Part shown: positions 40,075 to 49,743 of the stretch, piece by piece
Layout of the letters: every line of letters begins with the position of its first letter
How positions within the stretch are numbered: the first letter of the stretch is position 1
Origin: Rhodoluna sp.
Lineage (GTDB): Bacteria > Actinomycetota > Actinomycetes > Actinomycetales > Microbacteriaceae
Length of the DNA stretch: 64,000 bases
Direction: 5' to 3'
Assembly (NCBI GenBank): GCA_017983965.1
Contig: JAGOAI010000001.1
Location: 475-64,474, forward strand
Position numbers and translations under genes: made by a program
The notes under the pieces: model-generated
The model's input: the letters and a program-made list of their open reading frames with translations, nothing else
What the model was told of the DNA's origin: nothing
Databases searched by the model: none

Positions 40075-42512
40075 TGGAAGACCTAAGCCCAGCCGAGAGA
40101 TTTGCTAGAGCAAAAGCAGACAAGCGACCGAAATCGGTTCAAAGCTTCATCGATCAGATTCCCTTTGGTCTTGACCAATTTCAGATCGATGCTTGCAACG
40201 CATTAGCGACTGGCAACGGCGTTCTGGTTGCCGCCCCGACCGGCGCTGGCAAAACTATCGTGGGCGAGTTCGCAATTCACCTCGCCATCGAGACCGACCA
40301 AAAAGTCTTCTACACAACGCCAATCAAGGCACTTAGCAACCAGAAGTACCTCGAGCTGGTGAATCGCTACGGCCCAGAGCGTGTCGGCTTGCTTACCGGA
40401 GATAGCAACCAGAACGGTGACGCCCAGATAGTTGTAATGACCACCGAGGTCTTGCGCAACATGATCTATGCGAACAGCAACAACCTAATTTCGCTTGGCT
40501 TCGTTGTCTTAGACGAGGTTCACTATCTTGCAGACCGATTCAGGGGAGCGGTCTGGGAAGAGGTCATTCTTCACCTGCCAAAAGACGTGAAAATCGTCTC
40601 GCTCAGCGCGACGGTCTCGAACGCCGAAGAATTCGGCGCTTGGCTCGAAGAGGTGCGCGGCGGAACAAAGATTATTGTCAGCGAACACCGACCGGTTCCG
40701 CTCAACCAACACGTTTTGTTTGGCACTGAGATGCTTGAACTATTCGAAGAGGTTCAATCGTCGGTGCGTGTGAACCCCGAACTTGCTCAAAAACACGCAC
40801 AGAAACTTCGTCAACCGAGCAACCGGCCGGTTCGAGGTCGTCGCGGTTATCCGGGGCAGCCAAGAAACCAAGGTCTGATTCCAAAGATCTCGAAGCCAGA
40901 GATCGTCGACATGCTTGATGAAAACGAAATGCTGCCTGCAATCTTCTTCATATTCTCGCGAGCAGGTTGCGAAGCAGCGGTCAAGGCCTGCCAGCACTCG
41001 TCGGTGCGTCTCACCACTACCGAAGAGAAGCAAGAGATTCGTCGCGTTGTCGAAGAGAAGTGTTACAACATTGCCGACGAAGACTTAGACACGTTGGGCT
41101 ATTTCGATTGGCTTTCAGCTCTCGAACGCGGGGTTGCAGCTCACCACGCCGGAATGCTGCCAGCATTCAAAGAGGTTGTTGAAGAGCTTTTCTTGAGAAA
41201 ACTTGTGAAAGTTGTTTTTGCAACCGAGACGCTTTCTCTCGGAATCAACATGCCGGCAAGAACGGTCGTGCTTGACCGCTTAGACAAATTCAACGGCGAG
41301 GGACGCGTTCAAATAACGCCCGGTGAATACACTCAATACACCGGTCGAGCGGGTCGTCGCGGAATCGACACCGAAGGCCACTCTGTGATTCAGTGGTCTG
41401 CGAACCTCGATCCAAATTGGGTCGCCGGTTTGGCGAGCAAGCGAACCTACCCGCTAATTAGCGCCTTCAGACCAACGCACAACATGGCTGTAAACCTAAT
41501 CGAGGCATTCGGCAGAAATCGAGCCCGTGAGGTTCTTGAGCTTTCTTTCGCACAGTTTCAGGCAGACCGCTCGGTGGTCGGCTTAGCCAAAGGACTGCGC
41601 GAAAAACAGGTTTCTGTTGATGCATACAAGCAGTCGATGACCTGCCACCTCGGTGATTTCATGAACTACGCGTCAATGCGCCGAGAGATTAGTGACATCG
41701 AACGAGAACTTGCCTCGACCAGAGTGCGAGCCGAGCGCGGCAAAGACATCCGTGCCTCAAAGGGTCGAAACGAAAAAGAGCGCAGACTGAGCCAACTCAA
41801 GGGCGACCTCAAACACCATGCCTGTCACAGTTGCAACGAGCGCGAGGCCCATGCCCGCTGGGCAGAGCGCTACTTCAAACTCAAGCGAGAGCTCGATGCC
41901 GCGATGGCGCAAATCGAAGGGCGCACCAACCAAGTCGCCCGAACCTTCGACCGACTTTGCGATTTGCTTCAAGACCTTGACTACATCGAGCTAGACGGCG
42001 ATGACACCGTTGTGCTCGAAGCCGGAAAGACGCTTGCGCGCATCTACGGCGAACGCGACCTCTTGGTCTCTGAGTGCCTGAGACACTCGGTTTGGAACGG
42101 CATGGATGCGCCATCGCTCGCAGCGATGGCAGCCGGACTGGTCTATGAAGCCAGGCGCGAAGAAGACTTTGAAGTGCGCCTGCCAAAGGGCAACTTCGTT
42201 GAATATGCCGAGAAAACCAACGACATGTGGTGGCAACTCGAAACGCTTTCAAAGAAGCACAAACTGCCAGGCACCGAGCAACTCGACTTCGCAATCAGCT
42301 TTGCCTTCTATCGCTGGGCGTCAGGCGCAAGACTAGACAACGTTCTTGATTTGGCCGACTTGCTGCCTGGTGACTTCATCAGGTGGGCGAAACAGGTAAT
42401 CGACTTGCTAGATCAGATATCACAAACGGCCGATGGCAAACTCGCAGACACCGCTAAGAACGCGGTAGACGCGGTGAAGCGCGGAATCGTTGCTTACAGC
42501 TTCTACGGCTAA
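40074..42512 (+). CDS. helY: Ski2-like DExH helicase HelY
   Basis: APTGAGKT, TPIKALSNQK, DEVHY, SLSAT, GRAGRRG, C-terminal DSHCT (GDFIRW). Confidence 0.93.
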   Translation: MEDLSPAERFARAKADKRPKSVQSFIDQIPFGLDQFQIDACNALATGNGVLVAAPTGAGKTIVGEFAIHLAIETDQKVFYTTPIKALSNQKYLELVNRYGPERVGLLTGDSNQNGDAQIVVMTTEVLRNMIYANSNNLISLGFVVLDEVHYLADRFRGAVWEEVILHLPKDVKIVSLSATVSNAEEFGAWLEEVRGGTKIIVSEHRPVPLNQHVLFGTEMLELFEEVQSSVRVNPELAQKHAQKLRQPSNRPVRGRRGYPGQPRNQGLIPKISKPEIVDMLDENEMLPAIFFIFSRAGCEAAVKACQHSSVRLTTTEEKQEIRRVVEEKCYNIADEDLDTLGYFDWLSALERGVAAHHAGMLPAFKEVVEELFLRKLVKVVFATETLSLGINMPARTVVLDRLDKFNGEGRVQITPGEYTQYTGRAGRRGIDTEGHSVIQWSANLDPNWVAGLASKRTYPLISAFRPTHNMAVNLIEAFGRNRAREVLELSFAQFQADRSVVGLAKGLREKQVSVDAYKQSMTCHLGDFMNYASMRREISDIERELASTRVRAERGKDIRASKGRNEKERRLSQLKGDLKHHACHSCNEREAHARWAERYFKLKRELDAAMAQIEGRTNQVARTFDRLCDLLQDLDYIELDGDDTVVLEAGKTLARIYGERDLLVSECLRHSVWNGMDAPSLAAMAAGLVYEARREEDFEVRLPKGNFVEYAEKTNDMWWQLETLSKKHKLPGTEQLDFAISFAFYRWASGARLDNVLDLADLLPGDFIRWAKQVIDLLDQISQTADGKLADTAKNAVDAVKRGIVAYSFYG

Positions 42513-42528
42513 GAATTAGGCTGGCCTC

Positions 42529-44082
42529 GTGATGCAAATCAAGCAAAGACTGCGATCAAGCCTGTTTATGGCTTGTCTCTTTGGCATCGCGGGCGGGTTG
42601 ATGTCTTCACTTGCTTACCCCGATAACGCACTCTGGATCGCAATATTTCCGTCGATTGCACTGATCATCTACGCCATCACCTCGGTTTCAGTGAAGCAAT
42701 CTATCTTGGTTGGCTTTTTGGCCGGCTTTGCTTTCTATGCTTCGCAAATTCCATGGATGACCGTCTATCTCGGCCCAGTGCCATGGCTTGCGCTTTCATT
42801 TCTCGAAGCGCTTATTTTTGCTCTGGGCTCTTGGGCGATTGCGCTTTCGTTTTCATACCTGCGTCAACTCGAGACAGCTTTCACATCGACTGTTTCGATT
42901 GCCCTGGCTATTGCATCGCTCTGGACAGCGAGGGAGTGGTTGGCCTGCAATTTTCCATACGGCGGGTTTCCTTGGTCTCGTGTAGCGCTTTCGCAATCTA
43001 ACTCACCGCTGGCGCCCTGGGTTTTTTGGGGAGGCGACTCGCTGCTCAGTTTCGTGTTGGTCTTCATCACTGTGCTGCTGATGCTTGGATGGCGCGAGCT
43101 AGCGAATAGAAACTGGCGCAAATCGCTCACCACTTTCGCTCTGATCGCAACGGTTTTGGTGCCTGTTGTCACTCCAATGAGCAACGAGGCCGAGGCAGGC
43201 ACACTGAAGGTGGCTGCCGTTCAGGGCAACGCCAAAGCGGGTTTGCTCGTGGTTCAACCTCGCGGAACCATTCTGCGAAATCACCTAGACGCGAGTGAAT
43301 CGCTTCGAACGGCAAAAGAAAAGCCAGAGCTGGTGATTTGGCCAGAGAACGCGGCAGATTCAAGCCCGCTGGCAAACACCGATTCGAAGTGGCTGATCGA
43401 AGATTTTGTAAGTCATGTTGGTGCTCCACTGATGCTTGGAACCATCACCGAGCGTGGTGGCGAGATTTTCAATTCGTCGCTGCTCTGGCAGCCGCAACTC
43501 GGGCCAACCGACTGGTACGACAAGAAGCGACCTGTTGCTTTTGGTGAATTTGTTCCCGATCGGGAATTCTGGCGTTTGCTTGCGCCTGACCTCATCGATT
43601 TGATTCCACGTGGCTACAGCTTTGGCACCCGCGATGGAATCTTCGAATTGCCGACAACAAAAGTTGGCACCATGATTTGCTTCGAAGTCGCCGTCGACGA
43701 CATCAGTCGAGATTTGGTTCACTCTGGTGCAACACTGTTGATCGCGCAAACCAACAACTCAGATTTCGGCAGAACAAACGAATCGACTCAGCAACTTGCA
43801 ATTGCAAGGCTTCGCGCAATTGAAACCGGCCGTGTGGTCGTGAACATCAGCACGGTGGGAACCTCGGCAATCATCTATCCGAACGGAACCATTAGCCAGC
43901 AGTTGCCGACATACCAGGCTGCAATGATGCAAGAGGAGCTTCCGCTTAGAAGTTCGATGACGCCGGCGATGGCCATTGGCGGTTCACTTGAGATTGCAAA
44001 CAACTTTTCGGCTCTCGCTCAAATCGCATTCGTAGTTTTTATTCGAAGAAGACAACTGAAGCGGGGCAGTGGCGATGAATAA
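42529..44082 (+). CDS. lnt: Apolipoprotein N-acyltransferase
   Basis: TM N-terminal domain, FPYGGFPW, WPENA, YDKKRPVAFGEFVP, ICFE, RAIETGR. Confidence 0.95.
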   Translation: MMQIKQRLRSSLFMACLFGIAGGLMSSLAYPDNALWIAIFPSIALIIYAITSVSVKQSILVGFLAGFAFYASQIPWMTVYLGPVPWLALSFLEALIFALGSWAIALSFSYLRQLETAFTSTVSIALAIASLWTAREWLACNFPYGGFPWSRVALSQSNSPLAPWVFWGGDSLLSFVLVFITVLLMLGWRELANRNWRKSLTTFALIATVLVPVVTPMSNEAEAGTLKVAAVQGNAKAGLLVVQPRGTILRNHLDASESLRTAKEKPELVIWPENAADSSPLANTDSKWLIEDFVSHVGAPLMLGTITERGGEIFNSSLLWQPQLGPTDWYDKKRPVAFGEFVPDREFWRLLAPDLIDLIPRGYSFGTRDGIFELPTTKVGTMICFEVAVDDISRDLVHSGATLLIAQTNNSDFGRTNESTQQLAIARLRAIETGRVVVNISTVGTSAIIYPNGTISQQLPTYQAAMMQEELPLRSSMTPAMAIGGSLEIANNFSALAQIAFVVFIRRRQLKRGSGDE

Positions 44083-44788
44083 AGTCTTGGTCATCATGCC
44101 CACCTACAACGAGAAGCAAAACATTCGAAACTCGGCAGAGCAATTGTTGGCACTGAACACCGACGTTGACTTGCTAATTGTTGACGATAACAGCCCAGAC
44201 GGAACCGCCGAAATCGCAGAAGAACTGGCGAGTCTCAGTGAAGCGATTTTCGTGTTGCACCGAGATTCGAAAGAGGGGCTTGGTCCCGCATATCTTGCCG
44301 GTTTCGACTGGGCATTCGCCAGAGGCTATGAGCGAATTGTTGAGATGGATGCCGATGGCAGCCACCGTGCGCAGGACCTCAGCAAGCTACTAGCTGTCGA
44401 CGCTGATCTTGTCATCGGTTCACGCTGGATCGCCGGGGGAGCAGTCGTGAACTGGCCGCTTTCGCGAAAGCTCATTTCTCGAAGCGGAAACATCTACACC
44501 CGCCTGATGCTCGGCACCAAAGTTCGCGACATGACTGCCGGTTTCAGGTGCTACAAGGTTTCTCTCTTGAAGCAACTGCCTTTGCAGAAGGTAGCTTCAC
44601 ACGGATACTCGTTTCAGGTCGAGATGGCTTGGCGATCGATTCAGCAAGGTTCAACGGTCAAAGAAGTTGCCATCACTTTCGTCGAACGAGAACTAGGTGC
44701 ATCGAAAATGAACACAGCCATAGTGCTCGAGGCGCTATGGCTGGTTACAAAGTGGGGGTTAGCCCGACTTTTGAAACGTTCTGTTTAG
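44075..44788 (+). CDS. ppm1: Polyprenol monophosphomannose synthase
   Basis: PTYNE, VDDNSPDGT, EMDADGSH, GSRW, GYSFQVEM; directly follows lnt. Confidence 0.92.
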   Translation: MNKVLVIMPTYNEKQNIRNSAEQLLALNTDVDLLIVDDNSPDGTAEIAEELASLSEAIFVLHRDSKEGLGPAYLAGFDWAFARGYERIVEMDADGSHRAQDLSKLLAVDADLVIGSRWIAGGAVVNWPLSRKLISRSGNIYTRLMLGTKVRDMTAGFRCYKVSLLKQLPLQKVASHGYSFQVEMAWRSIQQGSTVKEVAITFVERELGASKMNTAIVLEALWLVTKWGLARLLKRSV

Positions 44789-45147
44789 AGTTCTGCTTTT
44801 CCGGTCGCACGACGTGCACGAACATAAGCAATGCGCTCTTGCAAGATTTCTTCTAACTCTTCTTTGGTGCGACGCTCGAGCAGCATCTCCCAGTGGCTGC
44901 GACCAGGGCGGTCGTGGGTAATCGCGATGTCGATGTGCTTGCCATCGGTAACTAGGGCCGCTTGGTGTGAGCACTGGCGGCACTGCCATGTCTCAGGTAG
45001 TTCGGCATCGGCCGCAAACACAATTTCAGTAACGTGATTGTTGCCACACATAAAAGTGTGCTTGCTTCGCTCTGCGAAGTTGACGTTAGTTTCGTTCTCT
45101 AGGCTCTGAGCACCTAGTCGCATGCCGCGCATTGTTTGCTCTGACAT
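44785..45147 (-). CDS. rbpA: RNA polymerase-binding protein RbpA
   Basis: RGMRLGAQS, C-x3-H and CxxC Zn core, HWEMLLERRTKEELEEIL. Confidence 0.95.
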   Translation of the reverse strand: MSEQTMRGMRLGAQSLENETNVNFAERSKHTFMCGNNHVTEIVFAADAELPETWQCRQCSHQAALVTDGKHIDIAITHDRPGRSHWEMLLERRTKEELEEILQERIAYVRARRATGKAEL

Positions 45148-45207
45148 TGTTCCTCCTGAGTTTGGCCATTTTGTAGCCGGACTGATTAAACCCTTTGAAG
45201 GATTTGT

Positions 45208-45975
45208 TTATTCCGCGAGCGCGACGATTATGTCGTCAATGCGGTCGCTTACGATTCCGTGAGCACCGCGAGCGCGAAGCACTCGAGCAAGCATAGGGTC
45301 GTTGATGGTCCAGAAGTGCAGTTCGACTGCGTGTCGAGCAATTTCAGCAATAAACGCTTCTGAGTCGAAACGAATAATGCCACGGTGCGTTGGCAATTGC
45401 AGTGCGTCTAGGCCGGTCAGCAACTTCGTCAACTTGCCTTTGAGTCCAAATCGCCAGGCCAACCAAATTTTTAGCAACCTACTTGCCGAAGCCGAGGTGG
45501 CAACACCTGGCAGTTGAGCGATGGCGTCGGTTCGGCGCTTCTCGCTAAAACTCGAAACCAGCACCCGATCGGTGGCGCCGAGACTGCTAATCACCGCAGC
45601 CGACGCATTCACTGCGGCGGCATCCTTGATGTCGATGTTGAACTTTGCCGTTTTGAACTCGGTCAGCGCCTGCTCTAGGGTCATCATGGCTGAGCCGTGC
45701 TCTAAGCGCAGTTCACTCAACTGCTGCCAGGTCAGCTCGGCTACCTTGCTGTTCACACCGGCTATGCGAAGCAAGTCAGAGTCGTGGCAAATGACGGCTA
45801 CACCGTCTTTAGAAGCCTGAACGTCAGTCTCTAGGTGAGTGGCGCCTACCTCTAGAGCGCGAGCAAAGGCGGCAGCTGAGTTTTCATCTAGCGGTGTGCC
45901 ATCGGTCGCCACGGCCAGGCCTCGGTGCGCCAAAAACCTGAATGCAACAGGGGAGAGGTACTTCTTGCTCGCCAT
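45208..45975 (-). CDS. Glycerophosphodiester phosphodiesterase family protein
   Basis: AHRG, ENS, LETDVQASKDG, HD, NIDIK, WTIND, GIVSDR. Confidence 0.9.
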   Translation of the reverse strand: MASKKYLSPVAFRFLAHRGLAVATDGTPLDENSAAAFARALEVGATHLETDVQASKDGVAVICHDSDLLRIAGVNSKVAELTWQQLSELRLEHGSAMMTLEQALTEFKTAKFNIDIKDAAAVNASAAVISSLGATDRVLVSSFSEKRRTDAIAQLPGVATSASASRLLKIWLAWRFGLKGKLTKLLTGLDALQLPTHRGIIRFDSEAFIAEIARHAVELHFWTINDPMLARVLRARGAHGIVSDRIDDIIVALAE

Positions 45976-46008
45976 AACTGCCTCTCTATTGCCGTCTAGG
46001 CTAGGGTA

Positions 46009-46590
46009 ATGCCCAATCTCAAGTCACTGACCAGACTGATGATTGGCCTTTTTATTTATGGCCTGGCTCTAGCAATGGTCATCAAAGCTCAGATTGGTGT
46101 TCCTCCTTGGGATGTCTTTGCGCAGGGCATTTCAAAGACCCTCGGCATGACATACGGGCAGGCGAGCATCGTGGTCTCTGTCATCGTTCTTGTGGCCTGG
46201 ATACCACTCAAAGTGAAGCCAGGCATCGGCTCTGTGCTCAACGCAATCTGCATCGGTTTATTCGCAGACATCTGGATGCCATACGTGCCGCATTTCGACT
46301 CGTACTTGGCAAATCTGGCCATGTTCTGCCTCGGCATGGCCACGGTGGCCTTTGCCACCGGCCTCTACATCAGCGCAAAACTGGGCAGCGGGCCTAGAGA
46401 CGGCCTAATGCTTGGCACCCAGAAGTTGCTCAAATGGCCATTTTGGGCGGTCAGAACCATGTATGAAGGCACCGTGCTCACCATTGGCTGGCTGCTAGGC
46501 GGCCAGGTGCGCGAAGGCACACTGATTTTCGCGATCTGCATCGGCTACCTGATGCAGGCCTCACTGAAATTCTTCAAAGTTCAGAAGTAA
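46009..46590 (+). CDS. YczE/YyaS-like membrane protein
   Basis: GVPPWDVF, GIGSVLN, GSGPRDGLM, GWLLGG. Confidence 0.82.
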   Translation: MPNLKSLTRLMIGLFIYGLALAMVIKAQIGVPPWDVFAQGISKTLGMTYGQASIVVSVIVLVAWIPLKVKPGIGSVLNAICIGLFADIWMPYVPHFDSYLANLAMFCLGMATVAFATGLYISAKLGSGPRDGLMLGTQKLLKWPFWAVRTMYEGTVLTIGWLLGGQVREGTLIFAICIGYLMQASLKFFKVQK

Positions 46591-46596
46591 CCGCAC

Positions 46597-47058
46597 ATGC
46601 AACCTGGCCAACACCGCGAAACCGCCCGAGTTTTGCTGCTCGATAGCCAAAACCGCATATTCCTACTCAAAACGCATTTTGACCCAGAGGTACAGCTCGA
46701 GCCGCGATGGATCACTCCAGGTGGCGGCATTGACTCTGGTGAGACCGTTTTGACGGCAGCCATCCGTGAATTAGCCGAAGAAACCGGCCTAAAGGTGACG
46801 CCAGAGCAACTCGGCGAGCAAATCTGGCAAACCGAAGGCAAATGGCTCTGGGGCGACGGCGTGAACTTTCACACGCACGTTGATTATTTCTTTCAACTAA
46901 AGGTTGAAGGTTTTGAACTCGATGATTCAGCTTGGACAGACGACGAACGTCGCGACGTTTTGGAATTTCGCTGGTGGACGCTACAAAACCTAATTGATTC
47001 TGGCGAGATCGTGGGACCATCCGGTCTGGTGGAGTTTTTGACGCACCACCTGGTCTAG
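46597..47058 (+). CDS. NUDIX hydrolase
   Basis: PGGGIDSGETVLTAAIRELAEETGL Nudix box. Confidence 0.92.
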   Translation: MQPGQHRETARVLLLDSQNRIFLLKTHFDPEVQLEPRWITPGGGIDSGETVLTAAIRELAEETGLKVTPEQLGEQIWQTEGKWLWGDGVNFHTHVDYFFQLKVEGFELDDSAWTDDERRDVLEFRWWTLQNLIDSGEIVGPSGLVEFLTHHLV

Positions 47059-47069
47059 GGCTTTTCCCT

Positions 47070-47097
47070 ATCGCCGATAATGAACATTATGTCAAGT
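47070..47097 (+). other. dif: dif site (XerC/XerD chromosome dimer resolution)
   Basis: ATCGCCGATAA-TGAACA-TTATGTCAAGT has 11-6-11 architecture; the XerD arm resembles E. coli TTATGTTAAAT; intergenic between convergent genes. Confidence 0.9.
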
Positions 47098-47141
47098 AAT
47101 AGATATTTGGCACTCAAGGGCACTTCCCTTTGATTTAGCCT

Positions 47142-48206
47142 TTAGGCCTGGCTCGCGGCCATCCAGCTAGACAGCTTCTGCGCTGCGTCACCAGAATCGA
47201 TGGCTGCGAATGTTTTCTGCAGTGCAACGGCAAACGCATCGTTCAATTCAGTTTGGGTTTCGATCTGTTTCGAGCTAAGCGAATATGCAACAAGCCCTCC
47301 TGCCGCATTCAAAGCCACAACCTCACGGATGGCCGCAAAGTTGCCCGAGCGCTCGCCAGCGAGCAGTTTCTTGGCGACTTCGGCGTTGTGGTGGGCATCT
47401 GCGCCCAGAAGATCGCTCAAATCAGCCGTTTTGAGGCCTAAATCGACCGGATTCAGGGTGAATTCGCGAACCTCTCCCCCTTGAACCAGCCAAATTTCGC
47501 TGGTTCCCGTGGTGGTTAGCTCGTCAAGACCGTCTGAACCCCTGAAAACTAGTGCATTTCGGCCTCGCGCTGCCATTTCTGCGGCCATAAGTGGGGCGAT
47601 TGAGCGGTTTGCCACGCCAAGCGAAGTCGCAATCGGCTGTGCCGGGTTAGCGAGCGGACCCAAAAAGTTGAAAGTGGTTGGCACGCCAAGCGCCTTGCGA
47701 ACCGGGGCCACGTGGCGCATTGCCGGGTGAAAAACCGGCGCGAAAAAGAAGGTTAGGCCGATTTCGGCAAAAATCTCAGCAACTCGCTCTGGCGAAAGAT
47801 CTAGTCGAATGCCGAGCACCTCGAGCATCTCTGACGAACCGGTCTTGCCCGAGGCCGAACGGCTGCCGTGCTTCATCACTGGCACGCCCGCTGCCGCCGC
47901 GACAATCGATGCCATCGTCGAAATGTTTACGGTGCCGACCATGTCGCCGCCGGTGCCAACGATGTCGACTGCGTCTGAGCCGGTGTCGAGAATTACAGAA
48001 TGCTGCAACATCACATCGACGAGACCAGCTAGTTCTTCGACACTCTCACCTTTGGCACGAAGGGCCATCATGAACGCGCCGATCTGCGCTTCTGAAGAGT
48101 CACCGCTCATGATTTGACTCATTGCCCAGCTTGCTTCGGCACGGCTAAGGTCGCCCTTTGCGAGCAATTTGCCCAAAATATTTGGCCAAGACTGAGATGA
48201 GTTCAT
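47142..48206 (-). CDS. trpD: Anthranilate phosphoribosyltransferase
   Basis: DIVGTGGD, NISTMA, KHGSRSASGKTGS, FHPAMRH, GPLANP, DGLDE. Start set at ATG 48206. Confidence 0.97.
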   Translation of the reverse strand: MNSSQSWPNILGKLLAKGDLSRAEASWAMSQIMSGDSSEAQIGAFMMALRAKGESVEELAGLVDVMLQHSVILDTGSDAVDIVGTGGDMVGTVNISTMASIVAAAAGVPVMKHGSRSASGKTGSSEMLEVLGIRLDLSPERVAEIFAEIGLTFFFAPVFHPAMRHVAPVRKALGVPTTFNFLGPLANPAQPIATSLGVANRSIAPLMAAEMAARGRNALVFRGSDGLDELTTTGTSEIWLVQGGEVREFTLNPVDLGLKTADLSDLLGADAHHNAEVAKKLLAGERSGNFAAIREVVALNAAGGLVAYSLSSKQIETQTELNDAFAVALQKTFAAIDSGDAAQKLSSWMAASQA

Positions 48207-48289
48207 GACCACAAGTTTATTGCTGAAAAACCGCATGAATTCGCCCTAATTAGCCCGTTTAAGCAGAGGGCGTGGGTTAGCATTAAGGC

Positions 48290-48907
48290 ATGTCTACAGC
48301 GACTTTTTCTTCGCCAACCATCAATCGCCCAAGTGCAACTTCTGTCGGCACTATCGTTTGGCTCGGCAGCGAGGTGATGTTCTTCGCCGCACTATTTGCC
48401 ATGTACTTTAGCCTTCGCGCCAACTCCCCTGCAATTTGGGAATCTGGCACCGAAATGTTGAACGTGCCGTTCGCGCTAACCAACACGCTCATCCTTGTGG
48501 CTTCGTCGTTCACCGCTCAGTTCGGCGTATTCGCCGCAGAGCGCATGCAGCCTCGCGCAACTGGTTGGTCTCCAACCAAGTGGGGCATGGTCGAGTGGTT
48601 CATGATCTCTTATGTCATGGGTGCGATGTTCGTCTCAGGCCAGGTTTGGGAGTACGCAACCCTTATTTCTGAGGGTGTCATGCTGAATTCAGACTCATAT
48701 GGCAGCGCTTTTTACATCACCACCGGCTTTCACGCACTGCACGTAACCGGCGGTTTGGTCGCATTCCTATTGGTTATCGGTCGCACATTTGCAGCCAAGA
48801 AGTTCGGCCACTACGAAGCCACAAGCGCAATCGTCGTTTCTTACTACTGGCACTTCGTTGACGTAGTTTGGATCGGACTTTTCTTGATCATTTACGTGTT
48901 GAAGTAA
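48290..48907 (+). CDS. ctaE: Cytochrome c oxidase subunit III
   Basis: [27 protein letters not shown]. Confidence 0.96.
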   Translation: MSTATFSSPTINRPSATSVGTIVWLGSEVMFFAALFAMYFSLRANSPAIWESGTEMLNVPFALTNTLILVASSFTAQFGVFAAERMQPRATGWSPTKWGMVEWFMISYVMGAMFVSGQVWEYATLISEGVMLNSDSYGSAFYITTGFHALHVTGGLVAFLLVIGRTFAAKKFGHYEATSAIVVSYYWHFVDVVWIGLFLIIYVLK

Positions 48908-48925
48908 GAAGTTAGCGACTAAAGA

Positions 48926-49720
48926 ATGAAAAAAACTATGAAGAATTCACGACGCAGTCCTTTTGCGGCGGCACTGGTTATCGCTGCCGGTCTCATCATG
49001 AGCGGTGGCGGTTACGCTTTCGCAACCGCGGCTGTTGAAAGCGCTACCCCAGTTACCGCTGTTTCATCGCAAGAGCAGGTTGCCGAGGGCGAAAAGCTAT
49101 TTCTTGCTAACTGTGCTACCTGCCACGGAAAGAACGGTGTCGGCACTCCAAACGGCCCGACCCTAATTGGTGTTGGAGCAGCTTCGGCAGAGTTCCAAGT
49201 TGACAGTGGTCGCATGCCTGGTCAGGCAAGTGGTCCTCAGATGCAGGTAAAGCCTGTTCAGTTCACTGCAGAGCAGATTGATGCGATCGCAGCATACGTA
49301 GGCTCACTCGGCGTTGGCCCAGAGATTCCAACTGAAGAAATGATTGCTGCAGACGGCAACGCAAGCAAGGGTGGCGAACTGTTCCGCATCAACTGCGCAA
49401 TGTGCCACAACGCAGTCGGCGCCGGTGGCGCCTTGACCGAGGGCAAGTTTGCCCCTGCCCTATTGGGTGTTCCTGCAGACCACATTTACGAAGCCATGTT
49501 GACTGGCCCTCAGAACATGCCAGTTTTCAACGATGCCAACCTGACTCCAGAAGAGAAAAAAGACATCATCACCTACTTGAAGTATGTAGAGACCAACCCA
49601 TCGGCCGGTGGCTATGAATTAGCTGGCCTTGGCCCGGTTGCCGAAGGTCTATTCATCTGGATCATTGGTTTCGGAATCATCATCGCGCTGACCATTTGGT
49701 TGGGCGCTAAGTCGAATTAG
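48926..49720 (+). CDS. qcrC: Cytochrome bcc diheme c subunit
   Basis: Two CxxCH motifs (CATCH, CAMCH); N- and C-terminal TM helices. Confidence 0.96.
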   Translation: MKKTMKNSRRSPFAAALVIAAGLIMSGGGYAFATAAVESATPVTAVSSQEQVAEGEKLFLANCATCHGKNGVGTPNGPTLIGVGAASAEFQVDSGRMPGQASGPQMQVKPVQFTAEQIDAIAAYVGSLGVGPEIPTEEMIAADGNASKGGELFRINCAMCHNAVGAGGALTEGKFAPALLGVPADHIYEAMLTGPQNMPVFNDANLTPEEKKDIITYLKYVETNPSAGGYELAGLGPVAEGLFIWIIGFGIIIALTIWLGAKSN

Positions 49721-49743
49721 TTTTTCGAAAAGGGAGCAGTCAA

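Noticed and set aside
36787-42512. WYL pair plus Ski2-like helicase as an anti-phage defence system
   Set aside because: It matches the conserved housekeeping pafB-pafC-tatA-tatC-helY locus, with no nuclease or effector genes.
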